Source: Pyrobaculum aerophilum str. IM2
GTDB taxonomy: Archaea > Thermoproteota > Thermoprotei > Thermoproteales > Thermoproteaceae
Assembly (NCBI RefSeq): GCF_000007225.1
Contig: NC_003364.1
Location: 390,001 to 422,000 of the forward strand
Direction: 5' to 3'
Length of the DNA stretch: 32,000 bases
Each line of letters starts with the position of its first letter. Position 1 is the stretch's first letter. This document shows positions 16,763 through 25,841 of this stretch, in pieces. The notes under the pieces are model-generated. The model was not told the DNA's origin. It did no database searches and was given only the letters and a program-made list of their open reading frames with translations. A program made the position numbers and the translations under genes.

Positions 16763-17434
16763 ATGTCGGCTATCTTCGGCGAGCAACTTCCAAAAAGTAG
16801 CCGTGTAGAATACATAGGCGATGTTCCTATTATTGAGGAGTGTCCCCGCGACGTAAAGACCCTAGACGGAGAGCCTATATTATTGTTTGGGAAGTGGAGC
16901 TATGAAGACGTAGTAGTTAGAGATCCCGGTTTGAGGAGATATATCTGCTTAAAACCAGTTATACTGCCGCACACAGAGGGCAGATATCAAAATACGAGAT
17001 TTGGGAAGGCGAGAATTCCCATAGTGGAGAGGCTTATTAACCTTATGATGAGGCCTGGGAGAAACACGGGGAAGAAGCACAAGGCGTATAATATAGTTAA
17101 GAGGGCTTTCGATTTAATATATTACAAGACGGGAAAGAACCCGCTTCAAGTCTTTATTGACGCAATTATAAACACGGCGCCTAGGGAAGAAATTACGCGG
17201 ATAATTATGGGCGGCATAGCCTACTCGGTATCTGTCGACGTGTCTCCACAGAGGCGGCTTGACCTCGCCTTGCGTTGGATTACAGAGGGGGCCAGGGCGT
17301 GTTCCTTTAATAACCCCAAGCCTATAGAGGAGTGTCTCGCTGACGAAATCATAGCAGCTGCGGCAAACGACCCGAAGAGCTACGCCGTTAGAAAACGCGA
17401 AGAGCTCGAGCGTATTGCTGCGGCCTCACGTTAA
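16763..17434 (+). CDS. rps7: 30S ribosomal protein S7 (uS7)
   Basis: Archaeal S7/eukaryotic S5 pattern ([33 protein letters not shown] ... [16 protein letters not shown]). TATA GTTTTTAAAGA 26 nt upstream. Confidence 0.9.
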
Positions 17435-17464
17435 CTGTTTTTAACGCATCTTTATCTTTACTAC

Positions 17465-18454
17465 ATGGCTGAGTTGTTTTGGTTTGAGAAATACCGTCCT
17501 CGTTCTTTTGATGAGGTGGTGGATTTAGAGGAGGTTAAGGCTAGGCTTAGGGAGTTTGTTAAAGCCGGGAATATGCCCCATCTCCTTTTCTACGGCCCTC
17601 CGGGCACTGGGAAGACTACCATGGCTTTAGTTTTGGCGAGGGAGCTCTACGGGGAGTACTGGCGGGAGAATACCCTTGAGCTAAACGCCTCAGACGAGAG
17701 GGGGATAAACGTAATTAGAGAGAGAGTGAAGGAGTTCGCGAGGACGGCGCCGGTGGGAAAAGCGCCGTTTAAATTAGTAATACTAGACGAGGCTGACAAC
17801 ATGACCTCAGACGCACAACAAGCACTCCGCAGAATAATGGAAATATACGCACAAAACACAAGATTTATACTACTGGCAAATTACGTCTCCCGCATAATTG
17901 ATCCCATTATTTCTAGATGCGCAGTCTTCAGATTCTCGCCTATGCCGCGGAGCTTAATGGCCGAGAGGCTTAAGTTCATAGCTAAAAACGAGGGCGTTGA
18001 GCTGAGGGAAGACGCTATTAATATGATATACGAGCTCTCTGAGGGAGATATGCGAAAGGCAATAAATCTCCTACAAGTGGCCGCCGCAACGAATAAAGTC
18101 GTTGACGCCAATGCAGTGGCCTCTGCCGCCATTGCAGTGAGGCCGGCTGATATAATTGAGCTTTTCAACTTAGCCATAAGCGGCGATTTTGTTAAGGCCA
18201 GGGAAAAACTCAGAGAGTTGATGTATCTCAAGGGAATTGCAGGCGCGGACTTTATAAGAGCCTTTCAGAGGGAGCTCATAAGAATGCCTATTGACGATGA
18301 TATAAAGGCGGAGATTGCGGAGTTGCTTGCGGACGTAGATTATAGGCTCACGCAAGGGGCGGATGAGGAAATACAGCTGACATATCTTCTTACAAAACTC
18401 GGCGCTATAGGCAGACGGGTAAAGCCGGCGACGACTCAGCCGAGGAAGAAGTAA
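17465..18454 (+). CDS. rfcS: Replication factor C small subunit
   Basis: [10 protein letters not shown] box, Walker [10 protein letters not shown], Walker [10 protein letters not shown] and the SRC motif SRCAVFRF. Confidence 0.95.
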   Translation: MAELFWFEKYRPRSFDEVVDLEEVKARLREFVKAGNMPHLLFYGPPGTGKTTMALVLARELYGEYWRENTLELNASDERGINVIRERVKEFARTAPVGKAPFKLVILDEADNMTSDAQQALRRIMEIYAQNTRFILLANYVSRIIDPIISRCAVFRFSPMPRSLMAERLKFIAKNEGVELREDAINMIYELSEGDMRKAINLLQVAAATNKVVDANAVASAAIAVRPADIIELFNLAISGDFVKAREKLRELMYLKGIAGADFIRAFQRELIRMPIDDDIKAEIAELLADVDYRLTQGADEEIQLTYLLTKLGAIGRRVKPATTQPRKK

Positions 18455-19722
18455 TGGCGCTACCTTGGATTGAGAAATACAGGCCTAAATCCTTCGCCGA
18501 GATTGTGAATCAAGAAGAGGCGAAGTATACGCTGGCGTCTTGGATTTGTCTGAAGTTCAGGGCGCCTAAGGAATTCTGCACGCGTTGGGCTAAGAAAAGA
18601 GATAAGGAGGTGGCTGAGGCTAAGGCAATTCTCCTGGCGGGACCCCCTGGTGTGGGGAAGACTACGCTTGTACATGCGTTAGCTAGAGAAATTAGATACG
18701 AGCTTATTGAACTCAACGCAAGTGATGTCAGAACTGCAGATAGACTTAGGCAAGTAATAGGGAGGGGGCTGAGGGAGTCGTCGCTTTTCGGCTTTGAGGG
18801 CAAAATGGTATTGTTTGACGAAGTAGACGGCCTCCATGTAAAAGAAGACAAGGGAGGTTTAGAGGAGATTATTGAGATAATTGAAACTGCGAAGATCCCA
18901 ATCATTATGACGGCAAATAACCCCTACGACCCAAAATTCCGACCTCTGAGAGACATATCATTAGTGGTGAACCTAAAGAGGCTTTCGGAAGAGGAGGTAG
19001 TGGAGGTGCTGAGGAGGATTTGTACGAGCGAAGGGGCTAAGTGCGAGGAAGAGGCGTTGAGGAGTATTGCAAAGTCGTCTATGGGAGATCTGCGCGCCGC
19101 GATTAACGATTTACAAATGTACCTATCGGGGGGGAGGAGGATTTTAACGCTAGATGATATAAAAAGAGTCGGGGAGAGGAACCCTCAGCTCTCTATGTTT
19201 GAGATTTTAGACAGAGTATATAAAGCCCGGTGGTTCGACGAGGCTCGCGCAGTTTCTTTCAACCCCTCTTTTGACTGGGAGCAGTATTTTATATGGGCGC
19301 TTGAGAGCATCCCCGTTGTGTATAAAGACCTTGAAATAGCGTCTACTGCCTATGACAGGCTTAGCAAAGCCGATGTATTCATGGGGAGGATAAAACGGAC
19401 ACAGGAGTGGGAGCTTCTGCCATACGCCTTGGAGTTAGCCCTAGGGGGAGTGTCGCAAATAAAAGGGAAGCCGAGGCTTCCTCCCTTTATTAAATACGGC
19501 TTCCCGCAACGCCTCCTCCTACTTGCAAAATCTAAAGAGGCGAGGAGGAGGCGCGACGCATTAGTGGAGTATCTAGCTCAAAATCTACACGCCTCTAAGT
19601 CTGTAATAAAATCTGAAATTATTTACGTCCTTTCTGCGCTATCTAAAAATAACCAGAGTATTATAGAAAAATTAAGTAAAGCTCTTGGAATTAATGCTAT
19701 TGATATTAAATCAGTTCTTTAA
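18454..19722 (+). CDS. rfcL: Replication factor C large subunit
   Basis: WIEKYRP, GPPGVGKTT and LFDEVDGL. TAATG overlap with rfcS. The last 40 or so codons are unusually A+T-rich. Confidence 0.9.
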   Translation: MALPWIEKYRPKSFAEIVNQEEAKYTLASWICLKFRAPKEFCTRWAKKRDKEVAEAKAILLAGPPGVGKTTLVHALAREIRYELIELNASDVRTADRLRQVIGRGLRESSLFGFEGKMVLFDEVDGLHVKEDKGGLEEIIEIIETAKIPIIMTANNPYDPKFRPLRDISLVVNLKRLSEEEVVEVLRRICTSEGAKCEEEALRSIAKSSMGDLRAAINDLQMYLSGGRRILTLDDIKRVGERNPQLSMFEILDRVYKARWFDEARAVSFNPSFDWEQYFIWALESIPVVYKDLEIASTAYDRLSKADVFMGRIKRTQEWELLPYALELALGGVSQIKGKPRLPPFIKYGFPQRLLLLAKSKEARRRRDALVEYLAQNLHASKSVIKSEIIYVLSALSKNNQSIIEKLSKALGINAIDIKSVL

Positions 19723-20092
19723 TGAAAAAACATATTATTATAAAAACTATTCCTAAAAAAGAAGAAATTATATCAAGAGATCTATGCGATTGTATATATT
19801 ATTATGATAATAGTGTTATATGTAAACCAATAGGCCCTAGCAAAGTCTACGTCTCAACCTCTTTAGAGAACTTAGAAAAATGTTTACAATTACATTACTT
19901 TAAAAAATTAGTGAAAAATATAGAAATATTTGATGAAGTGCATAATTCAAAACCTAATTGCGATAAATGTTTAATTGTCGAGATTGGGGGCGTATATTTT
20001 GTGCGTAGAGTTAATTGATACTTTCAGAGTACTTCTCTCTATTTGGGCATATGTAACTTGAAAGTATTTATAAGTACCTTATTTTATGTACT
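19590..20092. other. About 500-bp A+T-rich island directly upstream of orc1/cdc6 (candidate origin-proximal region)
   Basis: About 26-28% GC against about 50% in flanking genes. It spans the rfcL tail, the 98-aa ORF and the cdc6 promoter (TTTATAA at 20067-20073). It carries an 8-bp inverted repeat, TACTTTCA (20019-20026) and TGAAAGTA (20059-20066). Confidence 0.5.
19722..20018 (+). CDS. Low-GC (26%) 98-aa Cys-bearing orphan ORF between rfcL and orc1/cdc6
   Basis: TAATG overlap with the rfcL stop. 98 sense codons without a stop at 26% GC is improbable by chance (my rough estimate is about 2e-4 per frame). Cys pairs CDC (22-24) and CDKC (80-83). Confidence 0.5.
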   Translation: MKKHIIIKTIPKKEEIISRDLCDCIYYYDNSVICKPIGPSKVYVSTSLENLEKCLQLHYFKKLVKNIEIFDEVHNSKPNCDKCLIVEIGGVYFVRRVN

Positions 20093-21262
20093 ATGGCAAT
20101 TGTTGTTGACGATTCAGTTTTCTCGCCGAGCTACGTCCCTAAGAGACTGCCCCATAGAGAGCAACAACTTCAACAACTCGACATATTACTCGGCAATTGG
20201 CTACGTAATCCTGGCCATCACTATCCAAGGGCAACTCTCCTCGGGAGGCCCGGCACTGGTAAAACTGTGACGCTTCGCAAGCTATGGGAGTTATATAAAG
20301 ATAAAACGACAGCTCGATTTGTATATATAAACGGTTTTATTTATAGGAATTTCACTGCCATCATAGGCGAAATTGCGCGGTCGTTAAACATACCGTTTCC
20401 GCGGCGCGGCTTGAGTAGAGATGAGTTCTTGGCGCTATTAGTAGAACACTTACGAGAACGCGATCTTTACATGTTTCTAGTTTTAGACGACGCTTTTAAC
20501 CTCGCCCCAGACATTCTCTCCACATTTATTCGGCTCGGCCAAGAGGCGGATAAACTCGGCGCGTTTAGAATAGCCCTCGTCATAGTTGGACATAACGACG
20601 CGGTACTTAATAACTTAGACCCCTCCACCCGCGGAATTATGGGCAAGTACGTCATACGCTTCTCGCCATATACTAAAGACCAAATTTTCGATATATTACT
20701 AGATAGGGCAAAGGCCGGGCTAGCAGAGGGCTCTTATAGTGAAGATATTCTTCAAATGATTGCCGATATAACAGGCGCGCAAACCCCCCTTGACACTAAT
20801 CGAGGCGACGCTAGACTTGCAATAGATATTTTATACCGCTCGGCATATGCAGCGCAACAAAACGGGAGGAAGCATATAGCCCCCGAAGACGTTAGAAAAT
20901 CATCGAAAGAGGTTTTATTCGGCATTTCTGAAGAGGTGTTAATAGGACTACCGCTTCACGAAAAACTCTTTCTACTGGCAATAGTTAGGTCGCTCAAGAT
21001 TTCGCACACTCCGTATATAACCTTCGGAGATGCAGAAGAGTCATATAAGATAGTCTGTGAAGAATACGGAGAGAGGCCCAGAGTGCACAGCCAGCTCTGG
21101 AGTTACCTCAACGACTTAAGAGAGAAGGGCATTGTCGAGACTAGGCAAAATAAGAGGGGAGAGGGGGTGCGCGGGCGTACTACGCTTATCTCAATTGGAA
21201 CGGAGCCTTTAGACACCCTAGAAGCAGTAATTACAAAATTAATTAAAGAGGAGTTGAGATGA
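20093..21262 (+). CDS. cdc6: Orc1/Cdc6 replication initiator
   Basis: AAA+ Walker A GRPGTGKT, Walker B FLVLDDAF and a C-terminal winged helix. 389 aa, and recognisably the P. aerophilum Cdc6 sequence as I remember it. Confidence 0.95.
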   Translation: MAIVVDDSVFSPSYVPKRLPHREQQLQQLDILLGNWLRNPGHHYPRATLLGRPGTGKTVTLRKLWELYKDKTTARFVYINGFIYRNFTAIIGEIARSLNIPFPRRGLSRDEFLALLVEHLRERDLYMFLVLDDAFNLAPDILSTFIRLGQEADKLGAFRIALVIVGHNDAVLNNLDPSTRGIMGKYVIRFSPYTKDQIFDILLDRAKAGLAEGSYSEDILQMIADITGAQTPLDTNRGDARLAIDILYRSAYAAQQNGRKHIAPEDVRKSSKEVLFGISEEVLIGLPLHEKLFLLAIVRSLKISHTPYITFGDAEESYKIVCEEYGERPRVHSQLWSYLNDLREKGIVETRQNKRGEGVRGRTTLISIGTEPLDTLEAVITKLIKEELR

Positions 21263-21552
21263 TTGAAGAGGCCCTGGGCGCGCCACTGCGCATACGCATA
21301 CTCCTCGCCCTAGAGAAATGGGGCGAGATTAATGTCACAGAATTAGCACATATACTGGGCACAAACTACAGCAAATTAGCCGCGCATTTAGAGGCGCTCA
21401 GACAATATGGGCTGGTGGAGGATAAACGTATTGGGCGCGCCAGACTGGTAAAATTGCGAGAAGCGGATGTCGTTATCTCATTAGTCCGCGCCTTAAGAGT
21501 AGCAGATGAAAGGCTTAAACAGTTAGGAAAAACAGAGACCGGTACATATTAA
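21259..21552 (+). CDS. ArsR/SmtB-type winged-helix transcription regulator
   Basis: LRIRILLALEKWGEINVTELAHILGTNYSKLAAHLEALRQYGLVE. ATGA overlap with the cdc6 stop. Confidence 0.75.
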   Translation: MIEEALGAPLRIRILLALEKWGEINVTELAHILGTNYSKLAAHLEALRQYGLVEDKRIGRARLVKLREADVVISLVRALRVADERLKQLGKTETGTY

Positions 21553-21568
21553 AGTCAATTTTTTAAAC

Positions 21569-22102
21569 GTGGGGGCCCGTTTTGAGCGGTTTGTTCTTGA
21601 TCTGCTTCCCGCGATTGGCCTAATCCCAAAGGCCACGCGTTTCAAAGTCTACAGAGAAGGCGTAGAAGTAGGCGAAGTAGACATAGTAGCTGTCGACGAA
21701 AAGGGGGAAACATACGCCATAGAGGTGAAGGCGGGAAGAGTTGATATAAGCGGCATTAGACAGGCATATACCAATGCCAAAATCTTAGGCGCGAGGCCTA
21801 TGGTAATAGCAAGAGGCTATGCGGACGAGGGGGCTAGACAGCTGGCTAGAGAGCTCGGAGTAGAGGTAATTCTACTGCCTGATTACTTTTTCCTGTCCAT
21901 CGACGATCTATATGTAGCGTTTACAAACGCACTGGCTAGATTCGTCACGGCAGTAGTCTCCGTATATACAAACTTAAGCGAGAACGAAATAGAGGCAATA
22001 AGAGAATGTAAAGACATGCAGTGTATTGCCAAAAAATCAATTGCGAGGCTTTATTCGAAAGGCTCCCCAAAGAGGCTAAAAACCTGGAGATTATACTATT
22101 AG
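21569..22102 (+). CDS. PD-(D/E)xK nuclease-fold protein (Mrr-cat/Hjc-like) with a roughly 75-aa C-terminal extension
   Basis: FERFVLDLL ... GEVDIVAVDEKGETYAIEVKAG gives the E / D / E-x-K arrangement. GTG start 16 nt after the wHTH gene. Confidence 0.65.
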   Translation: MGARFERFVLDLLPAIGLIPKATRFKVYREGVEVGEVDIVAVDEKGETYAIEVKAGRVDISGIRQAYTNAKILGARPMVIARGYADEGARQLARELGVEVILLPDYFFLSIDDLYVAFTNALARFVTAVVSVYTNLSENEIEAIRECKDMQCIAKKSIARLYSKGSPKRLKTWRLYY

Positions 22103-22176
22103 CAATACAGCTCCGTAATTTACTGCCTTTATTGTGCGCAAAAGCAACAAATATTTAGTTATCTTTAACAACGCCT

Positions 22177-23277
22177 ATGGATTCCCTAGTAGAGGAAATT
22201 AAACAGAAATTCAAGCCTAAGATAAGGCCAATAGAGTGGAGTGGCGACAAGTTGGTGCTCCTTGACCAGAGGTTACTGCCCTTTGAGACAAAATATGTTG
22301 AGGCAAGAACAGTTGTAGAAGTGGCTAACGCCATACGCGATATGGTGGTCAGAGGCGCGCCTGCTATTGGTATAACAGCGGCATTTGGCATGGTCTTGGC
22401 ATTAGTGGAGAATAGGCCAGCGTCTGTAGAGGAGGCCTTGAAAACGTTAGCAAAGGCTAGGGAAGTCCTCTCTAAAACTAGGCCGACCGCAGTGAATCTC
22501 TTCTGGGCGCTTGACAGAATGTATAACAAAGCCTTAGAATTAGCTTCAATGACCTCTTCGGTCAGAGAGGTGAAAGAAGGCTTAGAGGCGGAGGCTAAGA
22601 GGATATTTGAAGAGGAGTTAGAGGCCGAGATCAGAATGGGCCTTTACGGCGCTGAGATATTAGAGGATGGTAGTACTGTGTTGACTATTTGTAACGCCGG
22701 CGGTCTAGCGACGGGGACGGGGTTGGGCACCGCGACTGCTCCAATATACATAGCGTCAATGCTTGGGAAACGCGTCTCGGTAATCGCGCCGGAGACCAGG
22801 CCTTGGCAACAAGGCGCGAGGCTCACTGTGTACGAACTAGTAGAGAATGGAATACCTACTACGTTAATAGCCGACACTGCAGTAGGCCTAGTGATGTATA
22901 AGCGTATGGTAAATATAGTAATGGTAGGGGCTGATCGTATTCTACTCGATGGTCACGTTTTTAACAAGATAGGGACGTTAAACGAGGCCGTATTGGCACA
23001 CGAATTCGGCATTCCATTTTACGTGTTGGCGCCCACCAGCACTATAGACACAAGGAGTAAAGTCGAGGATGTAAAAATTGAAGAGAGGGATCCAGACGAG
23101 GTGCGCACAGTGAGGACTAGCCAAGGTAAAGTGTATGTCACATTAAGAGAGGTGGCCGTTTACAACCCGGTTTTCGACGTCACGCCGCCTAAATATATCA
23201 CTGGGATTATAACAGAGAGGGGCATTGCGACACAACCGCTGGGCATAAACCTACGGAAATTGCTGAAAAGATTGTAG
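22177..23277 (+). CDS. mtnA: Methylthioribose-1-phosphate isomerase-type protein (eIF-2B alpha/beta/delta family)
   Basis: N-terminal [24 protein letters not shown], with [30 protein letters not shown] and FNKIGT. Confidence 0.8.
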   Translation: MDSLVEEIKQKFKPKIRPIEWSGDKLVLLDQRLLPFETKYVEARTVVEVANAIRDMVVRGAPAIGITAAFGMVLALVENRPASVEEALKTLAKAREVLSKTRPTAVNLFWALDRMYNKALELASMTSSVREVKEGLEAEAKRIFEEELEAEIRMGLYGAEILEDGSTVLTICNAGGLATGTGLGTATAPIYIASMLGKRVSVIAPETRPWQQGARLTVYELVENGIPTTLIADTAVGLVMYKRMVNIVMVGADRILLDGHVFNKIGTLNEAVLAHEFGIPFYVLAPTSTIDTRSKVEDVKIEERDPDEVRTVRTSQGKVYVTLREVAVYNPVFDVTPPKYITGIITERGIATQPLGINLRKLLKRL

Positions 23278-23319
23278 ACAGTAGACGTGACTTAACGTCG
23301 AATATGCTTATATATACAA

Positions 23320-23700
23320 GTGGCTAAAAGTGTTCTAGACAAAGGTGGAAAATTTAAAAAACTATTATATCGGCATGAGAAGATGCGGCTGGAGATTTTA
23401 GAAAAAAAACTTGTCGAAGCTTTAGTCGTACTCTTACTAAATGCCAAGGGTAAAGTCGTGAGCATTAAGGCCACTTCGCTAGTAAAAATCGCCGGCCTAG
23501 GTCACGATCATAGCGCGATTTTAAAGGCTGCACGGTTTTTACAAAAATTATCTAAATATCAGTTTATCCGAGTAGCGGCCAGCACGAATAGAAATAAAAC
23601 ATACCGCTATATGATAAAAGACGGCGATGAGCTGTGGCAATTAGTCCGTAGAGATCCAGAGAGGGCTAAGGAGCTTATTCTAAAAATTATCTCGCAGTAA
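23320..23700 (+). CDS. Hypothetical wHTH-like protein (up to 126 aa)
   Basis: GTG start. The TATA at 23308-23317 is too close, so ATG 23383 is an alternative start. The pattern SLVKIAGLGHDHSAILKAARFLQKLSKYQFIRV looks like a winged helix. TAATG overlap with the next gene. Confidence 0.5.
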   Translation: MAKSVLDKGGKFKKLLYRHEKMRLEILEKKLVEALVVLLLNAKGKVVSIKATSLVKIAGLGHDHSAILKAARFLQKLSKYQFIRVAASTNRNKTYRYMIKDGDELWQLVRRDPERAKELILKIISQ

Positions 23701-24839
23701 TGAACCTATATGGAATTGAAATTGATGATTTATTGTATAAACACTTCCTGGAATTTTTAAGCGACGCGGAAATAGATTCGCTTTTCCGCTCTATTACCAC
23801 GCCTCCACCGCGTTATTATATAAGAGTGAATACGTTGAAAATAAGCCCGCGGGAATTGGTGAAGAGGTTAAACTCCCGCGGGCTAGCAGTATATAGAGAT
23901 GAATATATAGACGATGCGCTGTGGGTTCCGGTGGAAGGCCCTTTCAAAATCCCAACTGCTAAAAAAGTGGTGGTGGTCGACAAAAAAGCCGCCGAGAGCG
24001 TCATGCTTGGCGCCGATTTATACGCCCCGGCGGTAATTAAAACAGACCGCGTCAATATAGGCGACGAAGTCAATATAGTGTCGGACAACGGGCGCGTGGT
24101 GGCCTTAGGCGTAGCGGTTATGGACAGCGATGAGGCGTTAAAGGCCAGGAGGGGCTTGTATATCAAAGTGGAAAAGTCCCTATACCGGACGCCTAAGTTG
24201 CGAAATCTCCCCGAATACGCCGAGGGGTTATTCTACAGCCAAAGCCTTCCGGCGATTTTAGTGGGCCATATAGCGCGGAGGATTACACAAACAGATGCCG
24301 TTGATTTAAACTCGGCGCCAGGCGGCAAGACGACTCATTTAGCCCAAATGGGAATTAGGGTCATAGCTGTAGATAGATCCGCGCAAAAAATAGAGAAATT
24401 GCGGAGCGAAGCCGCCAGGCTGGGACTTGATGTTTTTATTGATATTCTATTACACGACAGCCGGTATTTAGACAGAGACTTCCCAAAAATCAAAGCCGGC
24501 GTCGCCTTGGTAGACCCCCCGTGTACTGATATAGGCGTGAGGCCGAAGATATATCATAAAGTTACTTTTGAGGCGGCAAAAACGCTGGCTAGGTATCAAA
24601 TACAGTTTTTAAAAACTGCGCTTAAAATTGCGCCTTATGTTATATACTCGACTTGTACCCTAACTTACATTGAAAATGAGGGGGTAATCGAGAAGGCAGG
24701 GGCTGAGATCGTAGACGCAGGTATTGAGATAGGCGCCCCTGGCTGGGGGTGTAGAGAATGTCGTAGATTTTTGCCGCATGTACATAACACCCCCGGTTTC
24801 TTCATAGCCGTTTTGAGAGGCGCTAGGAAAGAGCCTTGA
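23700..24839 (+). CDS. PUA-domain Nop2/NSUN (Sun) family RNA cytosine-C5 methyltransferase
   Basis: PUA-like VVVDKKAAESVMLGADLYAPAV...GDEVNIV, SAM motif DLNSAPGGKTTHLAQ, and catalytic DPPCTDIG and YSTCTL. Confidence 0.9.
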   Translation: MNLYGIEIDDLLYKHFLEFLSDAEIDSLFRSITTPPPRYYIRVNTLKISPRELVKRLNSRGLAVYRDEYIDDALWVPVEGPFKIPTAKKVVVVDKKAAESVMLGADLYAPAVIKTDRVNIGDEVNIVSDNGRVVALGVAVMDSDEALKARRGLYIKVEKSLYRTPKLRNLPEYAEGLFYSQSLPAILVGHIARRITQTDAVDLNSAPGGKTTHLAQMGIRVIAVDRSAQKIEKLRSEAARLGLDVFIDILLHDSRYLDRDFPKIKAGVALVDPPCTDIGVRPKIYHKVTFEAAKTLARYQIQFLKTALKIAPYVIYSTCTLTYIENEGVIEKAGAEIVDAGIEIGAPGWGCRECRRFLPHVHNTPGFFIAVLRGARKEP

Positions 24840-25050
24840 GAGTCCTTGAGACATATGAGTCACATTGTCTTTTGAAGGCGCAGAAATTACACGCAATGGG
24901 ATTCTCCCCTTTGAGTCTTTTCTCTACAACTTTACACAGATTTTTAATATAATACTGGGGAAAGCAATCTTTACATACAAATATATTCTCATATATATAT
25001 GCTATATTCTTGAAATTAACATCTTTCCCGCAAACGGCGCATACCGGCAT
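24823..25050 (-). CDS. Small zinc-ribbon protein (75 aa from ATG 25050)
   Basis: CAVCGK...(17)...CKDC plus CNFC...C. The ORF track starts at 25080, but ATG 25050 lies 23 nt from the TATA at 25069-25078. Confidence 0.55.
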   Translation of the reverse strand: MPVCAVCGKDVNFKNIAYIYENIFVCKDCFPQYYIKNLCKVVEKRLKGENPIACNFCAFKRQCDSYVSRTLKALS

Positions 25051-25068
25051 AATAGCATGACAACAGAC

Positions 25069-25078
25069 ATTTAAAAAC
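25069..25078. promoter_or_regulatory. Single TATA-like element (ATTTAAAAAC) equidistant from two divergent start codons
   Basis: Its centre, about 25073, is 23 nt from the minus-strand ATG at 25050 and 22 nt from the plus-strand ATG at 25095. Confidence 0.5.
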
Positions 25079-25094
25079 ACACGCGATTAATAAC

Positions 25095-25736
25095 ATGTTC
25101 CGCCCATATTCCCTAGAAGAAGGGACCTTTTTAGTCAGACTGGCAAGGGCCGTGGTAGAGAAATATTTAACCACTGGCAGGATTGAAGTGCCAGAGAGCG
25201 TTTTTCCCAAATTACTAAGCGATAACTACGGAGTGTTTACGACAATAGAGAGCATACATGGAGATAAATATGAACTAAGGGGGTGTATAGGCTATCCCGA
25301 GGGATATAGAAACACTCTTTACGCCACAGTATTCAGCGCGATAGGAGCTTGTTGTCAAGACCCGAGATTCCCGGCGTTACGGAGGGAGGAGCTGGCGTCT
25401 GTAATATTCGAAGTAAGTATCTTAAGCCCGTTGAATCTTCTGGAGGTAGATCCCCGGAAATACCCAGAGATTATAGAAGTGGGGCGCCACGGTTTGGTAG
25501 TGAAGAGAGGCCCCTACTCGGGCCTTCTGCTCCCACAAGTCCCGGTGGAGGAGTGCTGGAGTCCCGAGGAGTTTTTAATGCACACGTGTATTAAGGCTTG
25601 GCTACCCGGCGACTGCTGGCTTGATAAAAAGACGAAACTGTATATCTACGAGGCGCAGATATTTCGCGAAAAGTCGCCAGGCGGCGAGGTATATGAACGC
25701 GATCTAGTTTCTGAATTTGCTAGATGTCAAAGATAA
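25095..25736 (+). CDS. AMMECR1-domain protein
   Basis: LRGCIGYPEG, CCQDPRFPAL and RHGLVVKRGPYSGLLLPQV. Confidence 0.9.
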   Translation: MFRPYSLEEGTFLVRLARAVVEKYLTTGRIEVPESVFPKLLSDNYGVFTTIESIHGDKYELRGCIGYPEGYRNTLYATVFSAIGACCQDPRFPALRREELASVIFEVSILSPLNLLEVDPRKYPEIIEVGRHGLVVKRGPYSGLLLPQVPVEECWSPEEFLMHTCIKAWLPGDCWLDKKTKLYIYEAQIFREKSPGGEVYERDLVSEFARCQR

Positions 25737-25817
25737 CGCGGGTTTGTACGCCACTTAGGGGGCCGTTCTGCAATTGGCCAGGCAGTGTTTCTGACTTGCT
25801 TAGACAGCCCCACAGCG

Positions 25818-25834
25818 CCCTCCCACGCCCTCCC
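25818..25834 (-). repeat. G-quadruplex-type motif GGGAGGGCGTGGGAGGG (a tandem CGCCCTCCC repeat on the plus strand)
   Basis: Four G3 tracts with loops of 1, 3 and 1 nt on the minus strand, starting 8 nt after the stop of the 25842-26306 gene. A further GGGG lies 6 nt downstream. Confidence 0.6.
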
Positions 25835-25841
25835 TTACAGA

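Noticed and set aside
20043-20270. 75-aa ORF overlapping the orc1/cdc6 5' end in another frame
   Set aside because: It would begin inside the cdc6 promoter. The cdc6 frame is unambiguous.
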